DNA of 63,738 bases, counting the filler, from Lama guanicoe (lineage: Eukaryota): NCBI GenBank assembly GCA_013239625.1. It is 77 parts of 76 records of this genome, joined end to end, with 100 filler letters (N's around TTAATTAATTAA, not from the genome) between each part and the next. Parts side by side here need not be neighbours in the genome. Positions count along the whole stretch, not along the records: positions 13,105 to 13,611 come from MU055141.1; positions 13,712 to 14,666 come from PNXV01012025.1; positions 14,767 to 15,252 come from PNXV01012033.1; positions 15,353 to 15,789 come from PNXV01012039.1; positions 15,890 to 16,334 come from PNXV01012040.1; positions 16,435 to 17,152 come from MU055145.1; positions 17,253 to 18,053 come from PNXV01012047.1; positions 18,154 to 18,947 come from MU055146.1; 69 more parts are not named here. One strand, written 5' to 3'. A program made the position numbers and the translations under genes. Under the pieces are notes generated by a model. That model saw nothing but the letters and a program-made list of their open reading frames with translations. It had not been told where the DNA came from and searched no databases. Below, in pieces: positions 13,105-25,248 of this stretch (within the stretch, counting starts at the first letter, position 1; each line of letters opens with the position of its first letter).

Positions 13105-13611
13105 GTTCCTTCAGGATATATGCCCAGGAGCGGGATTCCTGGGTCATATGGTATGTCTATTCGTAGCCTTTTGAGGAATCTCCACACTGTTTTCCACAGT
13201 GGCTGCACCAAACTGCAGTCCCACCAGCAGTGTAGTAGGGTTCCCCTTTCTCCACAGCCTCTCCAGCATTTGTCATTTGTGGATTTTTGAATGACGGCCA
13301 TTCTGATTGGTGTGAGGTGATACCTCATTGCAGTTTNNNNNNNNNNNNNNNNNNNNNNNNNNNNNNNNNNNNNNNNNNNNNNNNNNNNNNNNNNNNCTTC
13401 CTTGGAGAATTGCTTGTTTAGGTCTTCTGCCCATTTTTGGATTGGGTTGTTTGGTTGTTTCTTATTAAGTCATATGAGCTGCTTATATATTCTGGAGATC
13501 AAGCCTTTGTTGGTTTCATCATTTGCAAAAATTTTTTCCCATTCCGTAGGTTGTTATTTTGCTTTACTTACAGTTTCCTTTGCTGTGCAGAAGCTTGTAA
13601 GTTTCATTAGG
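13105..13611 (-). mobile_element. Relatively young LINE-1 ORF2 C-terminal (CCHC) fragment
   Basis: [52 protein letters not shown]...[12 protein letters not shown] in one open frame. Confidence 0.97.
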
Positions 13612-13964
13612 NNNNNNNNNNNNNNNNNNNNNNNNNNNNNNNNNNNNNNNNNNNNTTAATTAATTAANNNNNNNNNNNNNNNNNNNNNNNNNNNNNNNNN
13701 NNNNNNNNNNNGGCTGAGCAAGGGCCCAGACAGTGACGTGACATCCCAGTAGAAGTGTCTTGGAGACCACTTCATCACAAGACAGACTCTCCCGGATTCC
13801 AACGCTAACTCTCCATTCCATTTCCAACTGGAAATAAGTTTAGACTTGTTTTACTCTCCTAGAAACAAAGAGAGTGGTAACATCAGCAGGAAACTCAAGA
13901 CAGAGGAAGAGTCTCCTGGACATCTGGAAGGATAGGCCGGGGAGGGAACAGAGACAGGGATCAG

Positions 13965-14100
13965 AAAGACCCGTGTTCCAGTCCGAAGTCTGCACGTCAC
14001 TCACTTTGACAATTTCCTTATTAATACAGGTGATAAAAATCTAATTATGATTGTAGGGAAAACTAAATGAATTAACGTATGCCATTAGCATAGGTCTAAA
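13965..14100 (+). mobile_element. MIR SINE fragment
   Basis: Degenerate MIR core-like sequence (…ATTGTAGGGAAAACTAAATGAATTAACGTATG…). Confidence 0.45.
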
Positions 14101-14766
14101 ATCCTCCATGAGTGTCCCAGAAATGGACGTGGTGGTGGTTAGTTACTGTCTGCCAAGTCTTGGGTGTGAAGCCCAGATCAGCCAGCCAGAGATGTGCCAG
14201 AGAATGCCTCAGCAGCAAGCAGCCTTCTCCAACTTGGGAACTCACAGTGTCTGAAGAACAGGCAGTGGTGGATGCTTTGGGACACTCTGGTGGTAGCACT
14301 CCAGTGATGACTTTAAAAAGCTGGGGAGAAATTAGGGGACCATACAGTTCAAGTACATGAAACACATTCCATGTCTGCGCACATTCATCTCAAGCCATGA
14401 TGATTCAGAGAGGAAATACATATTCAAACTCAACATCCAAACAATTTTGAAAGAATGTAACTTTCTTCTATGGATCACAAAGCAGAGATTACAAGGTTTG
14501 TACTGAGAGCCCTACTTGTAAAACATCTGCTAACATAACTGGGTCCACTATCAGTCAATATCATTCAAAGAGAAGGATGGAAAAAACAAAGCCAAGCTAA
14601 TACGCTCCGATCTTTTGATGGGTTATGATGTCACAGAGGAGATGGACATGTCAACAAGGAACCACTNNNNNNNNNNNNNNNNNNNNNNNNNNNNNNNNNN
14701 NNNNNNNNNNTTAATTAATTAANNNNNNNNNNNNNNNNNNNNNNNNNNNNNNNNNNNNNNNNNNNN

Positions 14767-15252
14767 CAACCACCAAACAAGTAACTTATGCACTTTGAAA
14801 TATTTCCTTGGACTTAGTTGCTTTTCCTATCACCAGTTTCAACAATCACACTTTGATCCCAGAAAAACCCTCTTGGAGCGAATTCTACCCTAGAGATATG
14901 TAATTTGAATAGATTCCTTCAACATGATATTCCGTGTTCCGTACATGTTACATGCATGACGGATGCGACAAACAGGCATTCCTGAGTTGAGAGCATGTGG
15001 ATTACTGATTTTTCATCCTCTATAAAAGGAATAATTTCATATAGACTCGTGTACACATTTTCAATCACAAGCTTCCCAAACACAAGTTTCGAATTCGTTC
15101 ATTTATCACAGAAGAATACTTCTGGAGTGTATTCAACCTAATAGATATTTAATTTACATGAATTCTAACAACATGGCATTCCAGGTTCCGTACATGATAC
15201 ATCTATGACGGATTCGAGAAACATGCGTTTCTGAGTTGTGAGCATGTGGATT
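14767..15252 (-). repeat. Satellite D (~248-bp monomers)
   Basis: GTTCCGTACATG at 14936 and 15185 (period 249); reverse complement of 50975-51460. Confidence 0.93.
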
Positions 15253-15352
15253 NNNNNNNNNNNNNNNNNNNNNNNNNNNNNNNNNNNNNNNNNNNNTTAA
15301 TTAATTAANNNNNNNNNNNNNNNNNNNNNNNNNNNNNNNNNNNNNNNNNNNN

Positions 15353-15789
15353 GATATAATAAAATATTCCTATGATATATATCCAATAGAGTATCACTAT
15401 ATCCCTTTCTAGCAGTGTTATAGTATCAGGTCTTACATTAAGGTCCTTAATACACTTGGAGTTTATTTTTGTATATGATGTCAGGGAATGCTCTCATTTC
15501 ACTGTTTTACATGTAGATATCCAGCTTTCTCAACAACATCCATTGACGAGACTGTCTTTTCTCCATTGTGTACTCTTGCCTTTTTTATCATTGATTCATT
15601 GCTCATAGGTGTGTGGATAGGCTGTCTATCTGATTTTATTGATTATATCTCTGTGCAAATGCCATGCTGTATTTATCACTGTAGCTTTGTTGTATAGTAA
15701 GGAATCTGGGAAGTTTATACCTCCAGATTTGCTGTTTTTACTCAAGATCATTTGGACAATTTTTAATGGTTTCATGTAAAACTTAGAGT
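15353..15789 (-). mobile_element. Degenerate LINE-1 ORF2 fragment
   Basis: Typical antisense L1 ORF2 sequence (TCAGGTCTTACATT…GAGTTTATTTTTGTATATG…ACTGTAGCTTTGT). Confidence 0.85.
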
Positions 15790-16434
15790 NNNNNNNNNNN
15801 NNNNNNNNNNNNNNNNNNNNNNNNNNNNNNNNNTTAATTAATTAANNNNNNNNNNNNNNNNNNNNNNNNNNNNNNNNNNNNNNNNNNNNATATGACCTTT
15901 ACCAAGAGAAGAAAAGAGCACACTTGCAGTAGGAGAACTGTGTCTGGATAGCAGTGGTTTTCCTACAACAGAAACATCAAGGTTTTAAGTTTTTCAGCTC
16001 AATTCTAATGGTGGCTATATTTTTGCTTATATTGCCAGTCTGGGTGTTCAGATGGGCTGGTTCAGCAGCTAGTTTCCAGCTCTCTTATCAGACTGTGGGT
16101 CTTACCGTGATCATCTTAACAAGGTTGTATGCTGATAAGTCAAAAGCAACAGTTTATTTTCAAAATATGAAATCCTAAAGAAGAATATTGTTTGTTTATC
16201 CATCTGTAGTTTTCAACCTGGGAAAAGCTAGACTATTGGCAAAAGTACAAAAGTCGTCTGGTGCTTTGAAAAACTCTGAGCTCTACCTACTGAATTCTTC
16301 CCACTAAATACTACAAATCTGTCTACCACTGTGTNNNNNNNNNNNNNNNNNNNNNNNNNNNNNNNNNNNNNNNNNNNNTTAATTAATTAANNNNNNNNNN
16401 NNNNNNNNNNNNNNNNNNNNNNNNNNNNNNNNNN

Positions 16435-17152
16435 TCCGGAACCCTGAGCGTGGGGAGGTTCCACCAACGGTCGGCAGCGCGATTGTTCCAACGGAATGGG
16501 TGGGCAGGTCTCCCCTGAGGGTTTTCCTAATGTCTCTGTGCCCGGGAATGCTAGGGGGGTTTGCAGGAAATCCCAGTGACAGAGGCTGCCTCCCCAAGTT
16601 CAGGGAANNNNNNNNNNNNNNNNNNNNNNNNNNNNNNNNNNNNNNNNNNNNNNNNNNNNNNNNNNNNNNNNNNNNNNNNNNNNNNNNNNNNNNNNNNNNN
16701 NNNNNNNNNNNNNNNNNNNNNNNNNNNNNNNNNNNNNNNNNNNNNNNNNNNNNNNNNNNNNNNNNNNNNNNNNNNNNNNNNNNNNNNNNNNNNNNNNNNN
16801 NNNNNNNNNNNNNNNNNNNNNNNNNNNNNNNNNNNNNNNNNNNNNNNNNNNNNNNNNNNNNNNNNNNNNTGTTTCTCTCACTTCCCAGGACAGGGAACAC
16901 CTGTGACTGAAGAGAGCTGCGTGGAGTTGTCTCTCGAGCTCCCCCACGCACTGACAATGGTTCCGGAACCCTGAGCGTGGGGAGGTTCCACCAACGGTCG
17001 GCAGCGCGTGGGTTCCAACGGAATGCCTGAGCTGGTCTCCCCTGAGGGTTTTCCTAGTGTCTCTGTGCTAGGGAATGCTAGGGGGTTTGTAGGAAATAAC
17101 ACAGAAAGAGGCTGCCTCCCCAAGGTCAGGGAAGTTATTTCTCAGACTTCCC
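16435..17152 (-). repeat. Satellite A
   Basis: Reverse complement of the 266-bp monomer. Confidence 0.95.
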
Positions 17153-17252
17153 NNNNNNNNNNNNNNNNNNNNNNNNNNNNNNNNNNNNNNNNNNNNTTAA
17201 TTAATTAANNNNNNNNNNNNNNNNNNNNNNNNNNNNNNNNNNNNNNNNNNNN

Positions 17253-17560
17253 TTACTTAACCTCTCTGTGCTTCTTATGCTTCATCTATATTAAAAAAAA
17301 ATCTGAGTACTCATGAATTAATTTACTGAGAGTTCTTAGGAGTGTGTGTGACACTTTCTAATTGTATTAGTTATTATTATGATGTAGGGCAGTGATCTTG
17401 CCAAAATTGTGGTTGTGCTCGTCTGTTCCTCTAGGCAAATGGCACTCTGACCTCTCTGGGCCTTGGTTTCTTCTTTCCTTATGAAATGGGATAAATATCT
17501 TTACGTGGCATTGTGAGAGCTTAGTGACACCCTAAAACATGTTCCTAAAACATAACTGCA
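17253..17560 (+). mobile_element. MIR SINE fragments
   Basis: TTACTTAACCTCTCTGTGCTTC and GACCTCTCTGGGCCTTGGTTTC…TGAAATGGGATAA MIR core motifs. Confidence 0.65.
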
Positions 17561-17956
17561 GTTCTGGGTAAATGATTCTGGTTACTTCCTTTCCCGTATT
17601 TAAATGGCAAAGCTTTATTTAGAGAGATTTAATGCGTTCCCAAGCTTTGTCTCATTAACAGATAAGAGGTAAATTCACCCAGCACTTCAAGTTCAACTTG
17701 ATGTTCCCATCAGCTGCCAGGTGCAGCAGCAACGTTCGTACTTTCCGTGAGTGAGAACAGAATGAGCGAAACCCAGCACAGCTTTGGGAGAATGATCAAT
17801 CTGGAAAAAAATTGGCTACAATGGATTTTCTTCCCTATTAACATTTGTTGTTACTTTCAGATCTTTTTTTTTCCCCCCATTTCTTGGACTATTCAAGGGT
17901 GAAAGGAAAATACATTGAAAAAATGTTTAACGATGGTTGTTGTCTCCGTTTATTAG

Positions 17957-18028
17957 AAGGCATGGAGCTATACAATTGTCAACAAGGCTCGAGGATATTC
18001 TAACATAGGAGAGCCTCAGTGCATCGAC
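17957..18028 (+). CDS. Candidate 72-nt internal coding exon with U12-like donor (KAWSYTIVNKARGYSNIGEPQCID), gene unidentified
   Basis: Acceptor TCTCCGTTTATTAG|, only one of three frames open, donor |GTATCCTT. Confidence 0.35.
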
Positions 18029-18153
18029 GTATCCTTACTGGATGAATACATAGNNNNNNNNNNNNNNNNNNNNNNNNNNNNNNNNNNNNNNNNNNNNTTA
18101 ATTAATTAANNNNNNNNNNNNNNNNNNNNNNNNNNNNNNNNNNNNNNNNNNNN

Positions 18154-18947
18154 TGGACCTGCACACTCTGGTGTCTGCACACTCCTGGGCCTGCATGCTC
18201 CTGGGCTATTCCTCACCTGGGCCCGCCCACAGTTCGGCCCGCCCTCTCCTGTACCTGCACACTTTTGGGCCTGCACACTCCTGGGCCTGCACACTCCTGT
18301 CTCTGCACACTCCGGGGTCTGCACACTCCTCGGTCTGTATACTCCTGGGCCTGTACACCCATGGGCCTGCCGTGGCCTTGGCCTGCACGGTCCTGGTCCT
18401 GCACACTCCTCTGTCTGCACACTCCTGGGCCTGCATACCCCTGGATCTGCACACTCCTGGGCCTGCGCATCCCAGAGCCTGCACAGATCTGGGCCTCTAC
18501 ACACCTGGGCCAGTACACACGTGTGCTTGCTCCCCCCCGTGTCTGCAAACTCCTGGGACTGCACATTCCTGGGTCTGCACACACCTTGGCCTGCACANNN
18601 NNNNNNNNNNNNNNNNNNNNNNNCCTAGGCCTGCACACTCCAGGGCCTGCACACACCTGGGCCTGCACGAACCTGGGCCTCTTGACTCCTGGGCCTGCCC
18701 TTTCCTAGGCCTGCACACTCCTGTGCCTACACATTCCTGGGCCTGCACACTCCTGGACCTGTACACTCCTGGGCGTGCCCTGGCATGGGCCTGCACACTA
18801 ATGGGCCTGCACTCTCCAGGGACTGCACCCTCCTGGGCCTGCACATTCCTCTGTCTGCACACTCCTGGGCCAGCCCCAAATTGCCCTGCCCTCTCCTGTG
18901 ACAGCCCTCACAAGTCCTGCACACTCCTAGGCCTGCACACTCGTGTA
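18154..18947 (+). repeat. GC-rich minisatellite, 16-bp unit CTGCACACTCCTGGGC
   Basis: Unit repeats at 16-nt period (e.g. 18271, 18287) across the whole contig, with divergence. Confidence 0.95.
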
Positions 18948-19782
18948 NNNNNNNNNNNNNNNNNNNNNNNNNNNNNNNNNNNNNNNNNNNNTTAATTAAT
19001 TAANNNNNNNNNNNNNNNNNNNNNNNNNNNNNNNNNNNNNNNNNNNNGCCAGGTCGCAGCTGCCTTGTGAGGCTGGAAGGTTTTCCATCTTCTCCCTCAA
19101 GAAGTTACAGTTACCCTCTCATGTTCAGTAGAAACTTTCTTTTCAAAATGGTAACAGTTTGGTTTCTCTTCCCTGTGCCCCTCCCGTGGTTCAGTAAGCT
19201 CTGAACCCACAATGTCTAAGATTAAGGAGAGATTTTGCAGTTGATAAGGATTTCCATTTTAANNNNNNNNNNNNNNNNNNNNNNNNNNNNNNNNNNNNNN
19301 NNNNNNNNNNNNNNNNNNNNNNNNNNNNNNNNNNNNNNNNNNNNNNNNNNNNNNNNNNNNNNNNNNNNNNNNNNNNNNNNNNNNNNNNNNNNNNNNNNNN
19401 NNNNNNNNNNNNNNNNNNNNNNNNNNNNNNNNNNNNNNNNNNNNNNNNNNNNNNNNNNNNNNNNNNNNNNNNNNNNNNNNNNNNNNNNNNNNNNNNNNNN
19501 NNNNNNNNNNNNNNNNNNNNNNNNNNNNNNNNNNNNNNNNNNNNNNNNNNNNNNNNNNNNNNNNNNNNNNNNNNNNNNNNNNNNNNNNNNNNNNNNNNNN
19601 NNNNNNNNNNNNNNNNNNNNNNNNNNNNNNNNNNNNNNNNNNNNNNNNNNNNNNNNNNNNNNNNNNNNNNNNNNNNNGTTCTGCCTTTAAGTTGAACCAA
19701 ACATCTGGAGGAAAATAAAACCGTCTGCATCTTTGTGTGTGTTTATTATTTGATGTAATAAAGCCTATTTTCATTAACAACA

Positions 19783-19830
19783 AAAATAATAAAATAAAAT
19801 AAATTAAATTAAAATAAAATAAAATAAAAT
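19783..19830 (+). repeat. (TAAAA)n tract, possible degraded poly(A) tail
   Basis: A-rich pentamer run ~20 nt downstream of AATAAA (19758-19763). Confidence 0.7.
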
Positions 19831-20289
19831 ACAATGCGAAAGCTATTTACACACTGTTTCAATCTTTTTACTTGCCTTTGGCAGACACTCACATTACCTA
19901 TCCAAGCCTTTTGTGTTATCAGCATATAGGTGGAAACTCACTAGCTTATTAGGATGGATTTCATCATGAAAACAATGCTTAGCAGTGTTCAGCATTAACA
20001 GAAATTAAGTCAGAAGCGATGAAGAAAAATGAGACACTAATCCTGCAACCTGCAAAATAAACTCTTCTGATACTGGAATAATCCTAGTGACTCCATGCCT
20101 TGTAACATCCTTTATATTAGGAGTAAATGCAAAGTCAAAATAGATGTATAGGGGAAATTCAGATGAAGATAAATGTGCAGAAGTCCTTTNNNNNNNNNNN
20201 NNNNNNNNNNNNNNNNNNNNNNNNNNNNNNNNNTTAATTAATTAANNNNNNNNNNNNNNNNNNNNNNNNNNNNNNNNNNNNNNNNNNNN

Positions 20290-21399
20290 ATATTCAGTAT
20301 TCTGTATTCTATATTCAAAATTCTGTGTTCTGCATTCCGTGTTCAAATTTATGGGTTCTATATTCTCTATTCTATATTCTATATTTGTGTTCTTCATTCT
20401 ATATTCTTCATACTATATTCTGCATTCCGTATTCTATACTCTATATTCTGTGTTCTACATTCTATATTCAAAAATCTATATTCAGTAAAGTATCCTGTAT
20501 TCTATATTCTAAATTCTCTGTTCTTCATTCCATTTCTAAATTCTGGTTTCTATATTCTCTATTCTATATTCTATATTCTATATTTTGTGTTCTTCATTCT
20601 ATTTTCTAACTTCTATATTCTCAATTCCGTAGTCTATATTCTATATTCTTTGTTATACATTCTATATTCTAAATTCTATATTCAGTATTCTGTATTCTAT
20701 ATTCTAAATTCTGTGTTTTGCATTCCATATTCTAAATTATGGGTTCTATATTCTGTTATCCATATTCTAAATTCTGTGTTCTAAATTATATATTATGTAT
20801 TCAATATTCTGTATTCCGTATTCTACATTCCATATTCTGTGATCTACATTCTTTATTCTAAATTCTATATTCAGTATTCTGTATTTTATATTCAAAATTC
20901 TGTCTTCTGCATTCCATGTTCTATATTCTGTGTTCTATATACTCTATTCTAAATTCTATATTCTGTGTTCTAAATTCTATATTCTAAATTCTATATTCAG
21001 TATTCTATCATCTATATTTTTAATTCTGTGTTCTACATTCTATATTCTAAATTCTATATTTAGTATTATGTNNNNNNNNNNNNNNNNNNNNNNNNNNNNN
21101 NNNNNNNNNNNNNNNNNNNNNNNNNNNNNNNNNNNNNNNNNNNNNNNNNNNNNNNNNNNNNNNNNNNNNNNNNNNNNNNNNNNNNNNNNNNNNNNNNNNN
21201 NNNNNNNNNNNCTATATTCTATATTCTGTGTTCTACATTCTATATTCTAAAATATTTATTCAGTATTCTGTATTCTATGTTCTAAATTCTATATTCTGAA
21301 TTCCATTTCTAAATTCTGGGTTCTATATTCCCTATTCTAAATTCTGTATATTGTGTTCATCATTGTATATTCTATATTTTATATTCTGCATTCCGTAGT
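20290..21399 (-). repeat. Satellite B
   Basis: ATTCT-heptamer array. Confidence 0.95.
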
Positions 21400-21499
21400 N
21401 NNNNNNNNNNNNNNNNNNNNNNNNNNNNNNNNNNNNNNNNNNNTTAATTAATTAANNNNNNNNNNNNNNNNNNNNNNNNNNNNNNNNNNNNNNNNNNNN

Positions 21500-22279
21500 A
21501 ATTCTGTGTTCTGCATTCCATGTTCTATAATCTATATTCAGTATTCTGAATTCTGTACTCTGATTTCTGTGTTCTGCATTCGATGTTCTAAATTCTATAT
21601 TCAGTGTCCTGTATTCTATATTCTAAATTCTGTGTTCTGCATTCCATGTTCCAAATCCTGTGTTCTGTATGCTGTTTTCCATATTGTATATTCTGTGTAC
21701 TTCATTCTATATTCAATATTTATATTCTGCATTCCTTATTCTATATTCTATATTCTGTGTTCTGTATTCTATATTCTAAATTCTGTGTTCTGCATTCCAT
21801 GTTCCAAATCCTGTGTTCTGTATGCTGTTTTCCATATTGTATATTCTGTGTACTTCATTCTATATTCAATATTTATATTCTGCATTCCTTATTCTATATT
21901 CTATATTCTGTGTTCTGCATTGAATTTTCTAAATTCTGGGGTCTATATTCTCTATTCTATATTCTATATTCTGAGTTTTAAATTCTATATTCTAAATTCT
22001 ATATTCAGTATTTTCTTTTCTAATTTCTAAATTCTGTGTTCTGCAATCCATGTTCTATATTCTATTTTCAGTNNNNNNNNNNNNNNNNNNNNNNNNNNNN
22101 NNNNNNNNNNNNNNNNNNNNNNNNNNNNNNNNNNNNNNNNNNNNNNNNNNNNNNNNNTATTTTAAACTTGTTCTTTTGCATTCCATTTCTAAATTATGGG
22201 TTCTATATTCTCTATTATATATTTTATATATTGTGTTTTTCATTCTATATACCACATTCGATATTCTGCATTCCGTATA
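21500..22279 (-). repeat. Satellite B with a 153-bp exact internal duplication
   Basis: CTGTATTCTATATTCTAAATTCTG… block at 21609 repeated at 21762. Confidence 0.95.
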
Positions 22280-22379
22280 NNNNNNNNNNNNNNNNNNNNN
22301 NNNNNNNNNNNNNNNNNNNNNNNTTAATTAATTAANNNNNNNNNNNNNNNNNNNNNNNNNNNNNNNNNNNNNNNNNNNN

Positions 22380-22882
22380 CACCTCCTCCTCCTCCTCCAC
22401 TTCCTCCTCCTCCTCCACCTCCTCCTCCACCTCCTCCTCCTCCAATCCTCCTCCTCCACATCCTCCTCCTCCTTCATCTGCTCTTCCACATCCTACTCCT
22501 CCTCCTCCCCCTCCTCCTCCTCCTTCACCTCCTCCTCCTCTCCCTCCTCCTCCTCCTACCNNNNNNNNNNNNNNNNNNNNNNNNNNNNNNNNNNNNNNNN
22601 NNNNNNNNNNNNNNNNNNNNNNNNNNNTCCTCCTCCTCATCCTCATCCTCCTCCTCCTCCTCCACCTCCTCCTCCACATCCTCCTCCTCCTTCTTCTCCT
22701 CCTATTCCACATCCTCCTCCTCCTCTTCCACATCCTACACCTCCTCCACATCCTCCTCCTCCTTCTTCACATCCTCCTCCTCCTCCAATCCTCCTCCTCC
22801 TCCACCTCCTACTACTCCACATCCTCATTCTCTTCCACATCCTCCTCCTCCTCCTCAACATCCTCCTTCTCCGCATCCTCAT
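22380..22882 (+). repeat. Degenerate (CCT)n trinucleotide / pyrimidine-rich tract
   Basis: Whole contig is CCT repeats interrupted by CCACAT/CAT/CTT. Confidence 0.95.
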
Positions 22883-22982
22883 NNNNNNNNNNNNNNNNNN
22901 NNNNNNNNNNNNNNNNNNNNNNNNNNTTAATTAATTAANNNNNNNNNNNNNNNNNNNNNNNNNNNNNNNNNNNNNNNNNNNN

Positions 22983-24111
22983 GTTTCTTTTCAGTTGCAA
23001 ACTCCACTCCGTACATATATATGGGGATGTAAATGCTTCAACACGGTTTTACAGTGAAAACGGCAGCCACTTCAAAACGGCACTAGGAAACAGACTGAGA
23101 AACCAGAGTAAATGTTTCTCCTGCAAACCGTTTCCTTTGTGCTGGATGAACGAACGTCTCTCCACATGCTCACTTCTGAGAGATAAGTGTGTATGAAAGC
23201 CGTCCTTCAACTCCCTTGAAGGGAACACGAAGTTTCTTTTCAGTTGCAAACTCCACTCCATAGATACATATGGGGAGGTACAAGTTCCAAATCGGATTTA
23301 CAGTGAAAACGGCAGGCACTTCAAACCGGAAATGAGAAACCAAGTGTTTCTCCTGCATCCCATTCCCTTTGTGCTGGATGAACGAACGTCTGTCCACATG
23401 CTCAGTTCTGAGAGACAAGTGCGTGTAAATGCCGTCCTTCACCTAGCTTGAAGGGAACACAAAATTTCTTGTCAATTGCAAACTCCACTCCATACATATA
23501 TATGGGGAGGAACAAGCTTCAACTCTGTTTTACAGTGCAAACCGCAGGAACTTCAAACCGGCACTAGGANNNNNNNNNNNNNNNNNNNNNNNNNNNNNNN
23601 NNNNNNNNNNNNNNNNNNNNNNNNNNNNNNNNNNNNNNNNNNNNNNNNNNNNNNNNNNNNNNNNNNNNNNNNNNNNNNNNNNNNNNNNNNNNNNNNNNNN
23701 NNNNNNNNNNNNNNNNNNNNNNNNNNNNNNNNNNNNNNNNNNNNNNNNNNNNNNNNNNNNNNNNNNNNNNNNNNNNNNNNNNNNNNNNNNNNNNNNNNNN
23801 NNNNNNNNNNNNNNNNNNNNNNNNNNNNNNNNNNNNNNNNNNNNNNNNNNNNNNNNNNNNNNNNNNNNNNNNNNNNNNNNNNNNNNNNNNNNNNNNNNNN
23901 NNNNNNNNNNNNNNNNNNNNNNNNNNNNNNNNNNNNNNNNNNNNNNNNNNNNNNNNNNNNNNNNNNNNNNNNNNNNNNNNNNNNNNNNNNNNNNNNNNNN
24001 NNNNNNNNNNNNNNNNNNNNNNNNNNNNNNNNNNNNNTGGCAGGCACAGCGGCACTAGGAAAAGACTGAGAAACCATAGTAAGGGTTTCTCCTGCAATCC
24101 GTTCCCTTTGT
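22983..24111 (+). repeat. Satellite E (~248-bp monomer)
   Basis: GTTTCTTTTCAGTTGCAAACTCC at 22983 and 23232, variant at 23464 (periods 249, 232). Confidence 0.93.
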
Positions 24112-24211
24112 NNNNNNNNNNNNNNNNNNNNNNNNNNNNNNNNNNNNNNNNNNNNTTAATTAATTAANNNNNNNNNNNNNNNNNNNNNNNNNNNNNNNNN
24201 NNNNNNNNNNN

Positions 24212-24450
24212 TGGTGCAACCACTTTGGGAACAGTATGGGAATTCCTTTACATAATAAAATTAGACCTATCATGTGGCACAGCAATCACACTCCTGGGCA
24301 TATAAAACATAAAACCTGAAAACAAAGAATCCTAGGGTAAAATATAAGAATTACACTGTGACATTGGATTTAATATGATTCTTCATATGTCTCCTCTGGC
24401 AAGGGAAGCAGAAACAAAACTAACAAAATACGATTGTATCACTCTAAACA
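24212..24450 (+). mobile_element. Degenerate, apparently rearranged LINE-1 ORF2 fragments
   Basis: TGGTGCAACCACTTTGGGAACAGTATGG…CAGCAATCACACTCCTGGGCATATA (ORF2 end) followed by an ORF2 segment that normally lies upstream. Confidence 0.7.
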
Positions 24451-25248
24451 NNNNNNNNNNNNNNNNNNNNNNNNNNNNNNNNNNNNNNNNNNNNNNNNNN
24501 NNNNNNNNNNNNNNNNNNNNNNNNNNNNNNNNNNNNNNNNNNNNNNNNNNNNNNNNNNNNNNNNNNNNNNNNNNNNNNNNNNNNNNNNNNNNNNNNNNNN
24601 NNNNNACCAACTAAATCCATAGGAACTGAAGGGATAGATCTGAATCAATTTTTTGTAGAAAACATACAGTTGATGAAATGACACATGAAATTATGTTCAG
24701 AGATATAAATTATTAGGAAAGTNNNNNNNNNNNNNNNNNNNNNNNNNNNNNNNNNNNNNNNNNNNNTTAATTAATTAANNNNNNNNNNNNNNNNNNNNNN
24801 NNNNNNNNNNNNNNNNNNNNNNCCGGGAGGCCGGGGGGAGTAGACCCAAGTGTACAGATGAACATCCCTTTCTATCTAACGGAAGCACACGCAAAGCCCT
24901 GCTGAAGGGGAGACCCTGGGCCTTCCATCTTTGCCAAGTAGCAAAGATGAGAAGGTGCATGCTCTTGGGATCTACCCCCACCCAGCGGCAGCCCACAGAG
25001 CTACAAAGCATGCAGCTGGGAAGGCCTAGGACAACAGGCTCACGTTCCAAATGGGTGGAAGATATTCCCACCCAGGGGACGCGGTCGCCGTCTGCCGGTC
25101 GTGGAATGTGTGGATGGCCCCTGGCAGGATGGACCTCGAACTTTAGGCNNNNNNNNNNNNNNNNNNNNNNNNNNNNNNNNNNNNNNNNNNNNTTAATTAA
25201 TTAANNNNNNNNNNNNNNNNNNNNNNNNNNNNNNNNNNNNNNNNNNNN

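Noticed and set aside
17005..17025. CENP-B box in satellite A (TTCCGTTGGAACC on minus strand)
   Set aside because: Only about 5 of 9 essential positions match; no CGGG half.
18106..18995. Cys-rich keratin-associated or metallothionein-like proteins
   Set aside because: The 16-nt unit is not a multiple of 3 and ORFs appear in several frames on both strands.
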